From an uncultured Chitinophagales bacterium (GTDB taxonomy: Bacteria > Bacteroidota > Rhodothermia > Balneolales > Natronogracilivirgulaceae), in NCBI GenBank assembly GCA_964388615.1, contig CAYMBG010000003.1:1-52987 (forward strand): 52,987 bases of DNA. The letters run 5' to 3'. The stretch's first letter is position 1, and each line of letters opens with the position of its first letter. Below the pieces are notes generated by a model, which ran no database searches, was not told the origin of the DNA, and saw nothing but the letters and a program-made list of their open reading frames with translations. Of this stretch, positions 29,819 to 40,477 are shown one piece after another. A program made the position numbers and the translations under genes.

Positions 29819-32809
29819 TTAATTAAGTCGCCGTGCAGCCCTTTCGGCATATTCGGTTTCAGGAAAACGATTCATAATATCACGCAGGGTCTGCTCAGAG
29901 CGTCCTCGCTGCCCCATTTCCCGATAGGTATCGGCCGTTGCAAGCATTGCTTCTGCGACCCATTCATCATAAGCCTCATACAATACATTCACCTTTGCAT
30001 AAGCCTCAATAGCCTCCTCGTAATTATTACGATTCTGCTCGAGTTTGCCAAGCAGGAACATAGCCTCGGCCCCTCTTTCGAGAGTATTGTTTTCGGCAAC
30101 CTGACTCAGATAGCGCTCAGCATCCAAATATTGTCCTCGTTCCAGTGCTACACGCCCTTTGCCAATCAGGGCCGGTTCGTATCCGTCCCGCCGCTGCAGC
30201 GCTCGGTCGTAAGAATCTTCGGCACTTCCTGTCCTGTTCTGCGCCAGATACGCATCGCCCAGAGCCGCCAAAGTCTCTACCTGCAGGCGGCCTTCATGTT
30301 GAATCAACCGTTCCAGTGCAATAACAGCCTCCTCATACCCTCCACGCTCGTACTCCAGCCTGCCAACATGCAGTAATGCAGGATCGAATCGATCCGATCC
30401 CGGGTAATCCGCTACAATATTCCAGAAGGCCGAGACCGCTTCGCCGTATTCACCCATAATTTCGTACGCTTCTCCTATACTGTACCATGCCTCGGGAATC
30501 ATGGTCTCGTTAGTTGTTACGCGGATATAGTGGCGGAATGAGGATATCGCCTCTTGATACTCTCCTGCCTGCATCAGGTTTTGTGCCTGCCGAAAACGAA
30601 GCTGATCTGCCGTGCCTGTTTGCGGATGTTGATTGAGAAAATCTTCAAGAACTTCCAGACTCGTGTCTTCTTTTCCACCCGCCATCTGAGCAAACTGGAT
30701 CCCCTGAACGGCATCGACAACATATTCACTTTCAGGATACTCATCCAGTATGAGTCGATAGGCATTGATGGCCTGCTCATAATTTCCGGCATTGTAAAAC
30801 GCATCTCCAATTTGATATTGTGCCCGGGCAGCCCAAACCGATTCGGGGTATCTGTTGATCAGTGAATGAAACTCCTCGATAGCTTGATCGTAATTCCCCA
30901 CTTGAAAATAAATATACCCTATATTGTACTGTGCCTGTTCACGTAGCTGGCTTGATGGAAAGACCCTGGGCAACCTTCTGAAATTACTCACCGCGTCGAA
31001 AGACTGGTTTTTTCTGAAGTAACTGTTAGCCATCTGAAATATGGCATAATCTCCGCCAGTGGCCTCTGTTGTCACACGTTCATAACTGGCGATGGCATCT
31101 TCGTATCTCCCCAAGGCATAGTAGGAATCACCCAGCCGGAGCCTGGTGTCCACATCGTAAGGAAATAGTGCTCTCGGGGGCGGCTCGTGTTCGCGGTCAA
31201 ATCTTTGGAAATAAATGGCAGCCTGCTCATACTGCTCCCTTTTAAATGAGCACCAGCCAAGTGAATAAACAGCGGCACCAACAAATCGATGATCCGGATA
31301 TTCATCCACAAATTGTTCAAAGTTCGTTTGGGCTTGTTGCCAACGCTCAAGATTATAATAGCTATCCGCGCTCCAAAAAAGGGCCTCTGCAGCCAGACTG
31401 CCGGATGGATGATCCCGGTAAACTTCCTGGAATGCCTGCGCTGACTCCGAATATGCCCGATTCTCATAGAGAACCCAGCCACGTTGAAATTCTGCCTGTC
31501 TTTTCATTTCAGGATCAACATCAACAGATGCACTTGCAACCTCGAAGGCCTGAACAGCACGCGTAAACTCGTTATTGGCAAAATAGGCCTCGCCAAGCAG
31601 TGAGTAGATACTCCCCGGATCCTCCAATTCATAGTCACCACGAACCAGATGTTGCAGGACCTGTATAGCCATCTGATTGCGGTCCAGCTCAAAAGCCGTC
31701 AGTGCCCACTCGTAATAAGCCTTTTCGACCCAAAAGCCTTCCGTGTACTTATCTCCGAATCTATCAAAAGCTTCAAGTGCAAGGTCATACCGGCCGCTAA
31801 GTTTACGGTTAACAGCTTCATAGTACAACGCTTTACGAGCCAGTTCATCTTCGCCCAGAGCAGCTTCAGCAAAAGCATCAGCTGCCCAATGGTAAACTTG
31901 CTGCTTGTGATAAACCCACCCTAATCCATAATGAGCAGGGCGTGCTTGCATCTCATCTTCGCTCTCGTTGATATACCTGCGATAATGAGTAGCAGCACGA
32001 TCAAATTCACCAAGGTAGTTATGGCTTTCAGCTATCAGTAAAATGGCCTTCAACAAGGCCTCTTGTTCCAGATAGGAAAGCTCGCTTTCGAGAGCCCGGA
32101 TAGCCTCCCTGTACTCTTCCTGACGATAATACATCTCACCCAAAGCCGTACCCACCTGCCTGGTGACAGCCCGGTTGGGGTATCGCTCCCTGAGTTCTTC
32201 AAAAATCCGGGCCGACCTGTCAAAATCCTCCTTTTCCAAAAATATGCCAGCTTTGGCATAAAGCGCTCTGGGAGCCCATTCTGAATCCGGATAATCGTCA
32301 GCCAGCACCCGGAACAATACAGCAGAAGTATCGGTCCTTTCCATTTTATCGGCCGACTCCGCCATCCAGAACAAAAACGCTACCTTTTTTGATTCAACCC
32401 TTTCGGCATCAAATGCGCGGTTGTAGTAATTAAGTGCTTTTTGATACTCTTCTTGTTGGTAAAACCTGGATGCCAAATCATCCAGCACGCGTGTAGCATA
32501 CTTTCCCGAGGGATAATATTGCAAAAAACGAAGGACATGTTTTTCCCGGTCAAGTGAGTCCAGGGCAACCCGGGACAATGTCAGATAAAACCAGGCATCC
32601 TCATGTAAAGAGCGTTCCGCGTCCCGGTCCAGATAACGTTCAAAATATTTCGCGGCCTGGCGATACAGGCCCTCCTCATACAGGCTTTTGCCCTTTTCAT
32701 ACTCATGATGAACCGGAGGCGAAACAAACTGTGCTTTTGCATCGCAAATCATGCCCGGGATACCGGCTGCCAAAATAATAGAGATAATAAAAAAACTAAC
32801 GGCTTTCAT
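29819..32809 (-). CDS. Large exported tetratricopeptide-repeat protein
   Basis: 996 aa; signal peptide ending AKA-Q; long series of TPR units of the YbgF/BamD type (..YP.S..A..A.Y..G..Y). Confidence 0.88.
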   Translation of the reverse strand: MKAVSFFIISIILAAGIPGMICDAKAQFVSPPVHHEYEKGKSLYEEGLYRQAAKYFERYLDRDAERSLHEDAWFYLTLSRVALDSLDREKHVLRFLQYYPSGKYATRVLDDLASRFYQQEEYQKALNYYNRAFDAERVESKKVAFLFWMAESADKMERTDTSAVLFRVLADDYPDSEWAPRALYAKAGIFLEKEDFDRSARIFEELRERYPNRAVTRQVGTALGEMYYRQEEYREAIRALESELSYLEQEALLKAILLIAESHNYLGEFDRAATHYRRYINESEDEMQARPAHYGLGWVYHKQQVYHWAADAFAEAALGEDELARKALYYEAVNRKLSGRYDLALEAFDRFGDKYTEGFWVEKAYYEWALTAFELDRNQMAIQVLQHLVRGDYELEDPGSIYSLLGEAYFANNEFTRAVQAFEVASASVDVDPEMKRQAEFQRGWVLYENRAYSESAQAFQEVYRDHPSGSLAAEALFWSADSYYNLERWQQAQTNFEQFVDEYPDHRFVGAAVYSLGWCSFKREQYEQAAIYFQRFDREHEPPPRALFPYDVDTRLRLGDSYYALGRYEDAIASYERVTTEATGGDYAIFQMANSYFRKNQSFDAVSNFRRLPRVFPSSQLREQAQYNIGYIYFQVGNYDQAIEEFHSLINRYPESVWAARAQYQIGDAFYNAGNYEQAINAYRLILDEYPESEYVVDAVQGIQFAQMAGGKEDTSLEVLEDFLNQHPQTGTADQLRFRQAQNLMQAGEYQEAISSFRHYIRVTTNETMIPEAWYSIGEAYEIMGEYGEAVSAFWNIVADYPGSDRFDPALLHVGRLEYERGGYEEAVIALERLIQHEGRLQVETLAALGDAYLAQNRTGSAEDSYDRALQRRDGYEPALIGKGRVALERGQYLDAERYLSQVAENNTLERGAEAMFLLGKLEQNRNNYEEAIEAYAKVNVLYEAYDEWVAEAMLATADTYREMGQRGRSEQTLRDIMNRFPETEYAERAARRLN

Positions 32810-32974
32810 CCTTTCCGGATTATTTCTTAATAAGACCTTGGAATATAGTAATAGAACCAGAATAGTGCTTCCAAAGAATAACGATGAGGCCGATAAAATT
32901 ATGCAGGCAAGTTGAAATCAAACGATCCAAACCACCTGACAAGTTTCCTCGTCCAGCCGGCCGTTTTTCTTTTA

Positions 32975-33643
32975 TTACATATTGAGAAAATGTATCAACT
33001 CGTCGGCCCGTTGTTCGTATCGCTTGTCATCTTCCCTATCTGTACTTTGTGCATCCACAATATATTCATGTCGCCGCAAAGCCGCCATGATACGGGTAGG
33101 ATCCGTGAGGTTTAGTTTTATGGAGATCACATAGAAAGGATGATTACCACGAGGAGATTCCACACTCAGGCCAATAATTAACCCGCCTTCGGCTTCTATG
33201 ATCCTCACAACCTGGGAAAGGGTGAAATCACGCTCCTCGAAATGTATGGTGATCAGCGAACCGTGCTCGGTGAAATTCATGGATTGCACTATCTGGTCAA
33301 ACAAAAAAATGCGTTCGACAACCCCCAGATAACCCTGGTCCTTATCAACAACCGCAATCAGATCCAATTTATGCTTGACCATCAGCCTGGTTGTTTCAAA
33401 TACATTCTGCTCCGGATCAGCTACCACCGTGTCTCTCTCGCGAAGATGTAAAACGCTGTCGATTTCGGTATTATGATGTTCCACTGCCCGGCGCTTGAGC
33501 ATACCGATAAAACGCTGAGTTGTTTGATCTACAACCGGCATGACAACATGACCGCCCTCCCTCATTGCATCCAGTGCTTCCCGGGCGGTATCCGTAGCCC
33601 GTAATGGCTTTACTGAATCAGATATTACATCGCGAATCAACAT
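32975..33643 (-). CDS. CBS-pair domain protein with C-terminal ACT-like domain
   Basis: Two CBS repeats (MPVVD..RFIGML; IAVVD..YLGVV) followed by LSQVVRIIEAEGG.I. Confidence 0.85.
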   Translation of the reverse strand: MLIRDVISDSVKPLRATDTAREALDAMREGGHVVMPVVDQTTQRFIGMLKRRAVEHHNTEIDSVLHLRERDTVVADPEQNVFETTRLMVKHKLDLIAVVDKDQGYLGVVERIFLFDQIVQSMNFTEHGSLITIHFEERDFTLSQVVRIIEAEGGLIIGLSVESPRGNHPFYVISIKLNLTDPTRIMAALRRHEYIVDAQSTDREDDKRYEQRADELIHFLNM

Positions 33644-34956
33644 GGTTGTTCTCCATTAGCTGGTTCCAACTCCTCCTGTCTTGCACTGATTTTACTCAAA
33701 GTGTCATTGAGTTTACCCAGGTGTTTTTTATGAAGTCGGCAGGTCAGGTAAATGGAATCCTCATCATAGTGTTCCTTATCTATCTCAGCCACTTCATGCA
33801 AATATGATACCACATGATACTCCTTTATCGGTAATACAATTTTGCGATATAAATAATTTCTTTCAACGCGATTTTTTATCTCCGTTCGAATATCGTCCAG
33901 GCCCATTCCTCTTAGTGCCGAAACAAACACCCCATCTGGATAATCATCTTTCAGTCCTGCCAGTTCAAGCGAGTCAGAAACTCTGTCCACCTTATTAAAA
34001 ACCATGATGACCGGCTTTTGATCGGCATCCAGCTCTTTCAGTGTTTCATTGACGGTTTGAATATACTCTTCTCTCAAGGACGAAGAGACATCAACAACAT
34101 GAAGAAGCAAGTCGGCTTCACGTATTTCATCAAGTGTCGACTTGAAGCTTTCTACCAGATGATGTGGCAACTTACGTATAAAGCCGACCGTATCAGATAG
34201 TAGCACTTCTTCCTGGTCAATTTCAAATCGTCTGACTGTTGCATCCAGCGTGGCAAACAATCGATTTTCTGCAAACTGTCTGGTATCGGTAACAGCATTC
34301 ATCAATGATGATTTTCCGGCATTCGTATAACCGACTAAAGCTACCCGAAGCGACTCTTCCCGTCCCTGGCGTTGCACTTGACGTTGTTGGTCCAGTTTTT
34401 CCAGCTTTTTTTTCAGCACTGATATACGTCGGCTGATCAACCTGCGGTCCGTTTCAATTTGTGTCTCTCCCGGCCCTTTTGTGCCGATTCCACCTTTTTG
34501 CCGTGACAAGTGAGTCCAATAACGCGTCAAGCGAGGCAAAAGATACTGTAACTGAGCCAACTCAACCTGGGTTTTGGCAGCCGCAGTTTTAGCACGGGAG
34601 GCAAAAATATCCAGTATAAGTCCGCTGCGGTCCAAAACTTTTGTTTCTGTCGCCTTTTCAATATTCCGAGCCTGGGTGGGAGTCAGATCATCATCAAAAA
34701 TCACAGCATCCGCTTTATCGGACTTCATGGCCTGTTTTACTTCATTTAATTTACCTTTTCCGATGTAGGTACTGACATCAGGCCGTGGTTTATGCTGAAG
34801 AATTTTTTTTACGGTTTGCCCGCCTGCGGTGTCCGTGAGTAATTCCAGTTCCGCCAAATACTCCTCAGCCCGTAATTTATCCGTGTTGCCGCCATATATT
34901 CCGACAAGCACCGTGCGTTCTTTCTCGCTGATATTCGTTTTAAGCTCGTTATTCAA
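33637..34956 (-). CDS. hflX: Ribosome-splitting GTPase HflX
   Basis: QVELAQL.Y.LPRL, GPGETQIETDRR, GYTNAGKS, LFATLD, DTVGFI, NKVD. TTG start. Confidence 0.97.
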   Translation of the reverse strand: MNNELKTNISEKERTVLVGIYGGNTDKLRAEEYLAELELLTDTAGGQTVKKILQHKPRPDVSTYIGKGKLNEVKQAMKSDKADAVIFDDDLTPTQARNIEKATETKVLDRSGLILDIFASRAKTAAAKTQVELAQLQYLLPRLTRYWTHLSRQKGGIGTKGPGETQIETDRRLISRRISVLKKKLEKLDQQRQVQRQGREESLRVALVGYTNAGKSSLMNAVTDTRQFAENRLFATLDATVRRFEIDQEEVLLSDTVGFIRKLPHHLVESFKSTLDEIREADLLLHVVDVSSSLREEYIQTVNETLKELDADQKPVIMVFNKVDRVSDSLELAGLKDDYPDGVFVSALRGMGLDDIRTEIKNRVERNYLYRKIVLPIKEYHVVSYLHEVAEIDKEHYDEDSIYLTCRLHKKHLGKLNDTLSKISARQEELEPANGEQPC

Positions 34957-34995
34957 AAAAGTAATCCGTTACGTAAAGTTATCTAATGGTCATCA

Positions 34996-35577
34996 CTATT
35001 TGAGTTGCTCAATCCATACGTCTTCAAACTCCCCGAGACTAAATCGGCGATCCAGTTTTTTTCTAAGGATACCAGAGAATGAGACCCGCTTATCCTGAGG
35101 CACTTCCAACTCAAGTCTTATGGTTCGTGTCTGAGAATCAGGAGCCGTTTCAGGATAAAAAAAGGCATAACTCTTACTTCTTCCGTTGTTAACCTCCACA
35201 TAATCCAAAATCCTGCTCCAGGCAACAGTCTGGGACGGATCGTTTACATTTTTTACAATGCCGTGATCTGTCACGAATCTTTTCGACATCAAATAACTTG
35301 TTATCAGCCAATTTGCTCCAATCCAGTTATAGCAGACCGCGGGAACAAGATAGGCATGATGCTGGCCGGCTACTACCAGCCCCGTCACCCCTACAGAGAA
35401 AACAAGGAAAACCGTGGAGAAAAGAGGATAACCAAACAGTTTGCCAGATTTCCAGGAAATTTCCACATTGCGCAGCCGCAATGCATTAGACAAGGTAACC
35501 ATCATCAGCACGGTGGTGCCGAGAGTGAATAGAGCAAGAATAAAAAGATGAATTGTATATATGTGTGGCATACGCAA
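34996..35577 (-). CDS. Hypothetical membrane protein (3 TM + soluble C-terminus)
   Basis: 193-aa ORF in operon-like spacing between BatA-domain gene and hflX. Confidence 0.7.
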   Translation of the reverse strand: MRMPHIYTIHLFILALFTLGTTVLMMVTLSNALRLRNVEISWKSGKLFGYPLFSTVFLVFSVGVTGLVVAGQHHAYLVPAVCYNWIGANWLITSYLMSKRFVTDHGIVKNVNDPSQTVAWSRILDYVEVNNGRSKSYAFFYPETAPDSQTRTIRLELEVPQDKRVSFSGILRKKLDRRFSLGEFEDVWIEQLK

Positions 35578-35583
35578 ACCCTG

Positions 35584-37713
35584 TTAATCAGCTGAACGTT
35601 CAGCTCTGTATTGTTTAGAAATAATGCATTCTGCGACTAAAAAAGCAAGAGCCAACCAAATAAACCAGCTCCATATCTCCCTTCCGAAACTGATGGATGC
35701 CATTTCGGATCGTATCTCCGTATCGCTGTAACCAGCGACATCAATGACTCCCGCCAGTGGAAGACGATCATTTAAAAAAGATTCCGTTTCTTGTACGGTT
35801 AACGAAGTAAAATCCGATTCCGATATATGCTGATTTACAGCAATAGTATATTCCTGGTCATCGATTTTGAGCTCCAGCCATCCGGGTGTCCACTCACTGG
35901 CGGTGTAATGAACCCTGACACCCTCCCCAGTAACAGCAGTCTCAGGCCGGATCTGATCCCCATTTAACGTCAAATATGCTTCCGTACCAAAATCTCCAAC
36001 ATGTTCATCAAACGGTCTGCCAAGGATATGTTCTTTCATACCTCCATCCTCCCATGCTACGGCAAATAGCAACAACCGATGAACCAATGGGGCAAAAATG
36101 GGTTTCACAGCCAAATCTGACCATCCGGGGCCAATCCCCATGGTACCAACAAGGATTATACCCTCTCCAACAGCCTGACGTACAAAGAGTGGCTCCCCCA
36201 GGTTGGTCCGCAAGAGGGTATTACTGCCGGACGATCCCTGGGATTCATACCTCCAATGATGATAAATAGAGGGCATATCGATACGAAGATCCTCATCTAA
36301 GTGACTTTCAAAAACATCCTCTATCAGTAAATGACCCTCGGAGAGTGGTTCAAGTGAGGCAACCTCCTCCAAACGTCCATACGTACCCCGCATTCCGGTA
36401 AACGAACCGGCCTGAAATCCTGCCAAAAACCGATTATAGTGTTCCATATCAGCTTTCTCGGAGGGTAGTAAAAAAATCCCCCGGCCCTGCTGAACCAACT
36501 GCACCAATTCGGCATGAAGAAATTCGGGAATACGCTCGATATCCTCGAAAAGTAATGCATCGAATTCGTCAAGGTCATATTCGCGTATATGCTGAATATC
36601 GGTTTCATCCGTATTGATACCGGTACCCGTTTCCGAGAGGGCGCTCAATAGCGGCCAAAGGTATGAGTGGTTTGATGCATCTTCTCCTTCATCATGGACA
36701 AGCAGCACATTCCGGCTTTCCGGAACCTCTAAAGAGAAGTAACGTCTATGGTCAAAGGTGTAGGTGCCTCCCTCCAACACGGCCATACCCTTTACCGTGC
36801 CATGCGACCCGGGAATCACTTCAAACAAGAGTTCCTCCTCCTCATCGGGTTCAAGGTTAAGTTCGTACTGTCCGATACGTTCTCCGTCTATTTCCATGCT
36901 GAGATAGGAGTTATACACCGGCTGATCTCCGAAGTTTCGAACCGTCACCGCTACTGCTGCCGGTACCCCGTCTACAAGAATTTGATCCTCAATCTCTACT
37001 TCGGTGACAGCAACATTCTGAAATGTATCATTTCCAATTTTAATAAATGTGACAGGAAACCCGTTCTCACTTACATCCTCATCAAACGGATCTTCCAGCT
37101 TATCCAGCTGAGTCTTCCGGGCATCCGATATCCAGTATATACTCCCGGATTCACCTGGCTCATCTGCAATACGATCACGGATATATGACATTCGTTGGGA
37201 AGGATAAGCACCTTTGTTTACCGCCTCCAGCTGATCCAGAAAGTTCAATGCTTCGGCAGTCCGCATCAGTCGTCCGGAGTCAAGCTGTCCATGAGAAGGG
37301 ACGATCAAAAAACGTGTTCCATCATCCGACTGTTCTATGATCTCCGTGGCTACACGCAGAGCCTGATCCATGTACGGTCCGGCTTCGTCAACTTGCATCA
37401 TGCTTGGGCCATTGTCGATCATAACAGCTACTACGCTACTTTGCTGTCCGGTACCGAACCAACCGGCCACCTCAGAAGGGATAAAAGGTCGTGCCAATGC
37501 GATGACCAGCATGGATATAGCTAAAATCCTTGTAAGTAACAGCAAATAGCGTTTTAGATTCAGGCGGCGAATGGTTGATTTCTGCAACTCCTGAAAAAAA
37601 GCCAGGGTTGAAAAAGCAACTTTTTTGGGTTTCCGAAAATTAATGAAATGAATAATTACCGGAATGGCGACAGCCCCCAATGCCACAAATAAGAATGGAT
37701 TCAAAAAACTCAT
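35584..37713 (-). CDS. BatA-domain (N-terminal double-TM) / vWA-like membrane protein
   Basis: MSFLNP.LF.AL.A..IP.IIH...FS.L.F...LLL..R.LAI..L..ALARP; vWA-like IDNGPSM and ISDA; C-terminal TM REIW..F..LAL..L.AE. Confidence 0.85.
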   Translation of the reverse strand: MSFLNPFLFVALGAVAIPVIIHFINFRKPKKVAFSTLAFFQELQKSTIRRLNLKRYLLLLTRILAISMLVIALARPFIPSEVAGWFGTGQQSSVVAVMIDNGPSMMQVDEAGPYMDQALRVATEIIEQSDDGTRFLIVPSHGQLDSGRLMRTAEALNFLDQLEAVNKGAYPSQRMSYIRDRIADEPGESGSIYWISDARKTQLDKLEDPFDEDVSENGFPVTFIKIGNDTFQNVAVTEVEIEDQILVDGVPAAVAVTVRNFGDQPVYNSYLSMEIDGERIGQYELNLEPDEEEELLFEVIPGSHGTVKGMAVLEGGTYTFDHRRYFSLEVPESRNVLLVHDEGEDASNHSYLWPLLSALSETGTGINTDETDIQHIREYDLDEFDALLFEDIERIPEFLHAELVQLVQQGRGIFLLPSEKADMEHYNRFLAGFQAGSFTGMRGTYGRLEEVASLEPLSEGHLLIEDVFESHLDEDLRIDMPSIYHHWRYESQGSSGSNTLLRTNLGEPLFVRQAVGEGIILVGTMGIGPGWSDLAVKPIFAPLVHRLLLFAVAWEDGGMKEHILGRPFDEHVGDFGTEAYLTLNGDQIRPETAVTGEGVRVHYTASEWTPGWLELKIDDQEYTIAVNQHISESDFTSLTVQETESFLNDRLPLAGVIDVAGYSDTEIRSEMASISFGREIWSWFIWLALAFLVAECIISKQYRAERSAD

Positions 37714-37792
37714 TCAAAAATTGATATTTTATGATCGACAACAACCATTTAATCAACGTCATACCGTTACAGGTATTTCCCAATTATTCCAT

Positions 37793-40459
37793 ATGATAGT
37801 AAGATCATCTCATATATCACTGATATTTTTATTTTTTTTCCTCTCTATCGCAGGTTGTTCCGGCCAACTTGAGGAAAATAACTGGCTCGCCACTATCCCG
37901 GCAGAAAGCCCGATTATTACACTTCATCACGATGCCCATTTTACCGGGGTACTGAAAGATAGTGATGGACTTTTGCCAGAAGAACTTTCTGATATTGAGA
38001 TCGGCAGGATTATCCAGATGCGTGACAGGCTACCATCTTCCATTCCAATAATAGCCACCGCATTTTATCCAACCGGATCTCACGAATTGCAACCGATATT
38101 TGTTCTGCGGGATACCGGATCAGGGCTTGAACACATTGCATCCAGGCTTCAAAAAGATTACGCCGAAAATCACTATTCCTTCAAAGGACATCGTATCCAC
38201 ATACTACATCTGGACAACTATCAACTTTATGCTACACAGTTAAGCGAATGGATTCTCTTAAGCAGGAACAGTGCGGCAATCGAAAACGGCATACTTACCT
38301 ACACCGGAGATCACCAGGAGATCAACCTGAGTGAAGCACAGCTTCAAGACGGGGATTACATAGTTAACACTCCCGCCATCGAAAAATGGCTCGGTTTGCT
38401 GGCGGCTCCCAGGTACTTGCCAAGATTTGACAGGATTCTGGACGGGACCGGTGCAGCCGTACTCACTACTTCCCGGGAGAATTATGACTCGGAACTCTAC
38501 AATGGATCTTTGAGTGGAAATATCCCGTTAAATGAAGGGAACCTCTCCGCGTTTGTCAGGGCTATCTCCGCCGAACCCGCAACCTCCGACCTTGACCGGT
38601 ACATTCCCAGGGATGCCGCCTTTTTCACCATGTATCAGAATGATCCCGATCCCGAAGCACCACTTGAACTCGAACCCACCGGACCTCTGGATTCTTTGTT
38701 CCTAAATGATCCGGAGTTACTCCAAAGTTTTGCAGCGACGATGGATACACCTGCAGCATATGCAACTTTTGAGCCCAGCGGCTTTTTATCAGCTGGAGAG
38801 AGTCTGATTTTGCGAAGACTGGAGGAGGGGGACACCTTTATCAGGCTTTTAGAAAATCTTGAACAAGATGGTTTAATAGAAGTGAATGATGGTATCTACA
38901 ATATCCGCAGCAGGCTGTTATCGCGCTTGATAGGCGGCCCCCTGGGACATTTTAGTGATTTTTATATCAGCCGCTCTGCTGGCGTGGCAGTTTTAACGCA
39001 GCGCCCTGGCTTGGCACGCCGGGTTGATCAGGATCGCCGTCGACGTGCGGTTTATTTTTTTGATGATGATTATATCGAAGCCAGGCAACAGCATCCGGAA
39101 GCGTTCAGCGTGTGGAGTTATACACGTGTCCCCTCCTTGATGAACTACCTCGAACCCATGTTGAATCCGGTAAACCATGCTTCATACCTGGCATCACTTA
39201 GCAATATTATTACCTTAAGTCTTACGAGAAATGAGGACGAACTTTCCCTTAAAATGGACTCCTACTTCAGTGAGGACCGTACTGAGCCGGTAAGGGATCT
39301 CTGGGTTCATAATTTAAGAGGAGCCCGAATTACGGGAAAACCCACTTTGGCTAATATACTTGGAGGTGGGCAGGAAGAATTAATTATTGCCACCGATGAC
39401 AATAATATACATGGAGTCGCTTCCGACGGAACCAGCTTTCTCAACACCAATACCGGCACTGATCAACCTGTTGGCTCCCCGGTGGCATACGATTGGTATG
39501 GTAATAATCAATATGCCATACTAATTGCAGCAGGTGACAAAATATATGCCTGGAATGCCCGCGGAATTCCACTTCCCAACTTTCCTGTAAATATGGATGA
39601 ACAGATCACGACTTCACTTGTGCTGGCAGATGTTTCCATGAATGGCCGACCTGAAATGATCGTTACCACAGCAGACCGTAAAGTGCACGTACTGGATCAA
39701 CGTGGTCGGAATATTGATGGCTGGCCCCAGGATGTCAATGTCCAGGTCACCGCCCCCCCTTCATTTCAATCTTTGCACGGTGAAAACAGTGTATGGGTCA
39801 CCGCCGGCAATGGACTGTTTGCATTCAGTCCCCAGGGAAACCGTCGCGATCCTTTTCCGGTTTTCATCGAATCTGACCTGGGTCCTATTACTTTTCACGA
39901 AGATCATATACTTGCGGGTGCCGCTGATGGCCATCTGTATTCCATCGGAAATACCCCGCTTTTTGCCGATTCGCTTGCAATCGCCATGAATGAAAATGAC
40001 ACACCGGAGCAAGAAAACAATGGATTACAGATACAGCGTATCTATGTTGACGATTCACCGATTCTGAACAAGCCAATTGTCGAAAGTTTGACCGTATCGG
40101 AAAGCAGTGGTCAAAACATAACGGAACCAATGATCGGCCTCCAGACACTGAATGGCAATCTATTTCTGATCAATGAGGCGGGACAACTACGGTTGACGCG
40201 AAATATGGGTCAGCAATCCGCCGAATATGACAATATGATGATCACGGATGTCAATGGAGATGGCAATCTGGAGATTGCGGCCATATCCAACACGGGAAGG
40301 CTCTATGCATGGGAAACGCGATCTGGTCAACGGCTGGATAACATTCCATCAGCATCTATGCGCCACCCGATCATCACCAATCTTGTGGCCAACAATAACA
40401 GGGAACTCATAAGTCAAACACGTGACGGTCTGCGATGCTGGTCTTTCCGAAGTCCTTAA
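37793..40459 (+). CDS. Large lipoprotein with C-terminal beta-propeller (FG-GAP/PQQ-like) repeats
   Basis: Start moved from 37664 (overlaps the divergent gene) to in-frame ATG 37793, giving lipobox IAG-C. Repeats LADVSMNGRPEMIV, TDVNGDGNLEI, G...(W/F)PV. Confidence 0.75.
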   Translation: MIVRSSHISLIFLFFFLSIAGCSGQLEENNWLATIPAESPIITLHHDAHFTGVLKDSDGLLPEELSDIEIGRIIQMRDRLPSSIPIIATAFYPTGSHELQPIFVLRDTGSGLEHIASRLQKDYAENHYSFKGHRIHILHLDNYQLYATQLSEWILLSRNSAAIENGILTYTGDHQEINLSEAQLQDGDYIVNTPAIEKWLGLLAAPRYLPRFDRILDGTGAAVLTTSRENYDSELYNGSLSGNIPLNEGNLSAFVRAISAEPATSDLDRYIPRDAAFFTMYQNDPDPEAPLELEPTGPLDSLFLNDPELLQSFAATMDTPAAYATFEPSGFLSAGESLILRRLEEGDTFIRLLENLEQDGLIEVNDGIYNIRSRLLSRLIGGPLGHFSDFYISRSAGVAVLTQRPGLARRVDQDRRRRAVYFFDDDYIEARQQHPEAFSVWSYTRVPSLMNYLEPMLNPVNHASYLASLSNIITLSLTRNEDELSLKMDSYFSEDRTEPVRDLWVHNLRGARITGKPTLANILGGGQEELIIATDDNNIHGVASDGTSFLNTNTGTDQPVGSPVAYDWYGNNQYAILIAAGDKIYAWNARGIPLPNFPVNMDEQITTSLVLADVSMNGRPEMIVTTADRKVHVLDQRGRNIDGWPQDVNVQVTAPPSFQSLHGENSVWVTAGNGLFAFSPQGNRRDPFPVFIESDLGPITFHEDHILAGAADGHLYSIGNTPLFADSLAIAMNENDTPEQENNGLQIQRIYVDDSPILNKPIVESLTVSESSGQNITEPMIGLQTLNGNLFLINEAGQLRLTRNMGQQSAEYDNMMITDVNGDGNLEIAAISNTGRLYAWETRSGQRLDNIPSASMRHPIITNLVANNNRELISQTRDGLRCWSFRSP

Positions 40460-40477
40460 AAACAGGATGCTTGTAAT

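Noticed and set aside
37664-37792. Longest-ORF start of the lipoprotein (likewise htrA 23205 and nadC 45711)
   Set aside because: Overlaps neighbouring genes or buries the signal peptide; downstream ATGs fit better.
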